Assembly (NCBI RefSeq): GCF_963676685.1
Contig: NC_092346.1
Location: forward strand, 47,554,001 to 47,618,000
DNA: 64,000 nt
Source: Mytilus edulis
Lineage: Eukaryota
Direction of reading: 5' to 3'
Shown here: piece after piece, positions 62,989-64,000 of the stretch
How positions within the stretch are numbered: the first letter of the stretch is position 1
Layout of the letters: every line of letters starts with the position of its first letter
Notes under the pieces: generated by a model
Told to the model about the DNA's origin: nothing
Seen by the model: only the letters and a program-made list of their open reading frames with translations
The model's database searches: none
Translations under genes and position numbers: made by a program

Positions 62989-64000
62989 ATGACGGACCCC
63001 GGTTTAGATAATTCAGTAAAGCAAGTTATTGTACAAGAAGTACAAAATGCAGTATCTGCCTCACAACAAGATACCCTTAACCAAATCACCGCTTTGATAG
63101 ATAACAGGCTATCCACATTCCAGGGAAATATCTAACAGTCTCAGCGAGATATCAGTCAATCCCAGATGTCCAAGATTGAGGAGACTTTGTCGGAGAATTA
63201 TACTTTCCAAAGGAAGGGGAACGAAAACCAGTACAAGCACGAGGTTAAATTCCTGACGAAGTTAATGGAGACAAAAGCACAGTTAGACGGACCAGATTTA
63301 TCCGTAGAATCCATTCATCAAGCTAGAGACAAGATTTTTGAAGGTATGGCAATTGTAAGAGACAGACAGAAACTCATTAAACTCGCTGATTCATCCGAAT
63401 TGGGTTGGAGAGTCGTGGAGGAGTACACAACTAATCCAATTGCCGACGACTCCGAAGATGAAAAGAAAATGATAAGAGCGCAAAACAGAGCTGAAGGTAG
63501 GAGCAAGTCAGACAAGCTGAAAAAGTCAACGAAGACGGTCAGGAAAGTGCCCTATTCCACCAAAGAGAGAGAGATCCAACCCCAACTTGGAGAACAGGGA
63601 GATGTTTCAATTGTGGCAACAAGGGCCATTGGGCGAATGATTGTCCGGAGAAGAAAGATAAGATAAGTATATTTAAAAAATTTGAAAGTACTAATTTGTA
63701 TTATAATATGAAAAAATGTTATATTGGTCAAGCTGAAAATTCATTCAGTGAAAATGTAAACAAAGTAGAAGATAAACATACGATAGAAATTACTCAATCG
63801 AAACCAAGTGTCATTGGTGATAACTTTTTACTAGAAGTTGATATACCTGTAGGTAAATTGAGGTCAAAATTACATGAATGGAAAGCTATTACTACTAGTA
63901 CACATATTATTGATGTTATTGAAAACGGGTATAAGTTACCGTTAAAAACGGAACCAGAGGTTAAGCATTTGAAAAATAACAGATCATCTTTAAACAATGC
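62989..64000 (+). mobile_element. DIRS-like (tyrosine-recombinase) retrotransposon: gag-like ORF, CCHC knuckle and start of RT region; disrupted
   Basis: ATG 62989, premature TAA 63133; LIKLADSSELGWRVVEEY..PIADDSEDEKKM. A second frame carries CFNCGNKGHWANDC (63603-63644) and stays open through VGKLRSKLHEWKAI..IIDVIENGYKLP to the window end. Confidence 0.7.

Noticed and set aside
63555-63605. Programmed -1 frameshift in the DIRS-like element
   Set aside because: There is no X XXY YYZ slippery site. A (GA)n indel is simpler, and the copy has another nonsense mutation.

Overview
AT-rich, intron-containing animal DNA. The repeat families look like a bivalve mollusc, probably a mussel (inference only). 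Most short ORFs in the track are noise from repeats or introns. The main content is a + strand tandem array of paralogous multi-exon genes, reconstructed here from GT-AG junctions and splice phases. Copy A has only its last 3 exons in the window (1655-4944); copy B (15267-31042, about 621 aa) and copy C (36558-52361, about 607 aa) each have 9 coding exons. The two complete copies encode a type II membrane protein: an N-terminal cytoplasmic tail with conserved Tyr motifs, one TM helix, a Ser/Thr stalk, then two repeats of [Ig-like domain + 8-Cys chitin-binding CBM14/peritrophin-A-like domain]. Copies B and C also share a conserved non-coding block about 2.3 kb upstream of the ATG that carries an NF-kB-type site. 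Together this suggests an inducible, membrane-anchored chitin/glycan-sensing receptor family analogous to protochordate VCBPs. A fourth type II membrane gene with a SEA-like exon begins at 59124. The rest is transposon-derived: Penelope-like RT fragments, hammerhead-ribozyme retrozyme repeats, a Helentron-type non-autonomous element, MITEs and foldbacks, a 1.8-kb solo LTR, a Tx1/L1 fossil, SINEs and a decayed DIRS-like element at the right edge.
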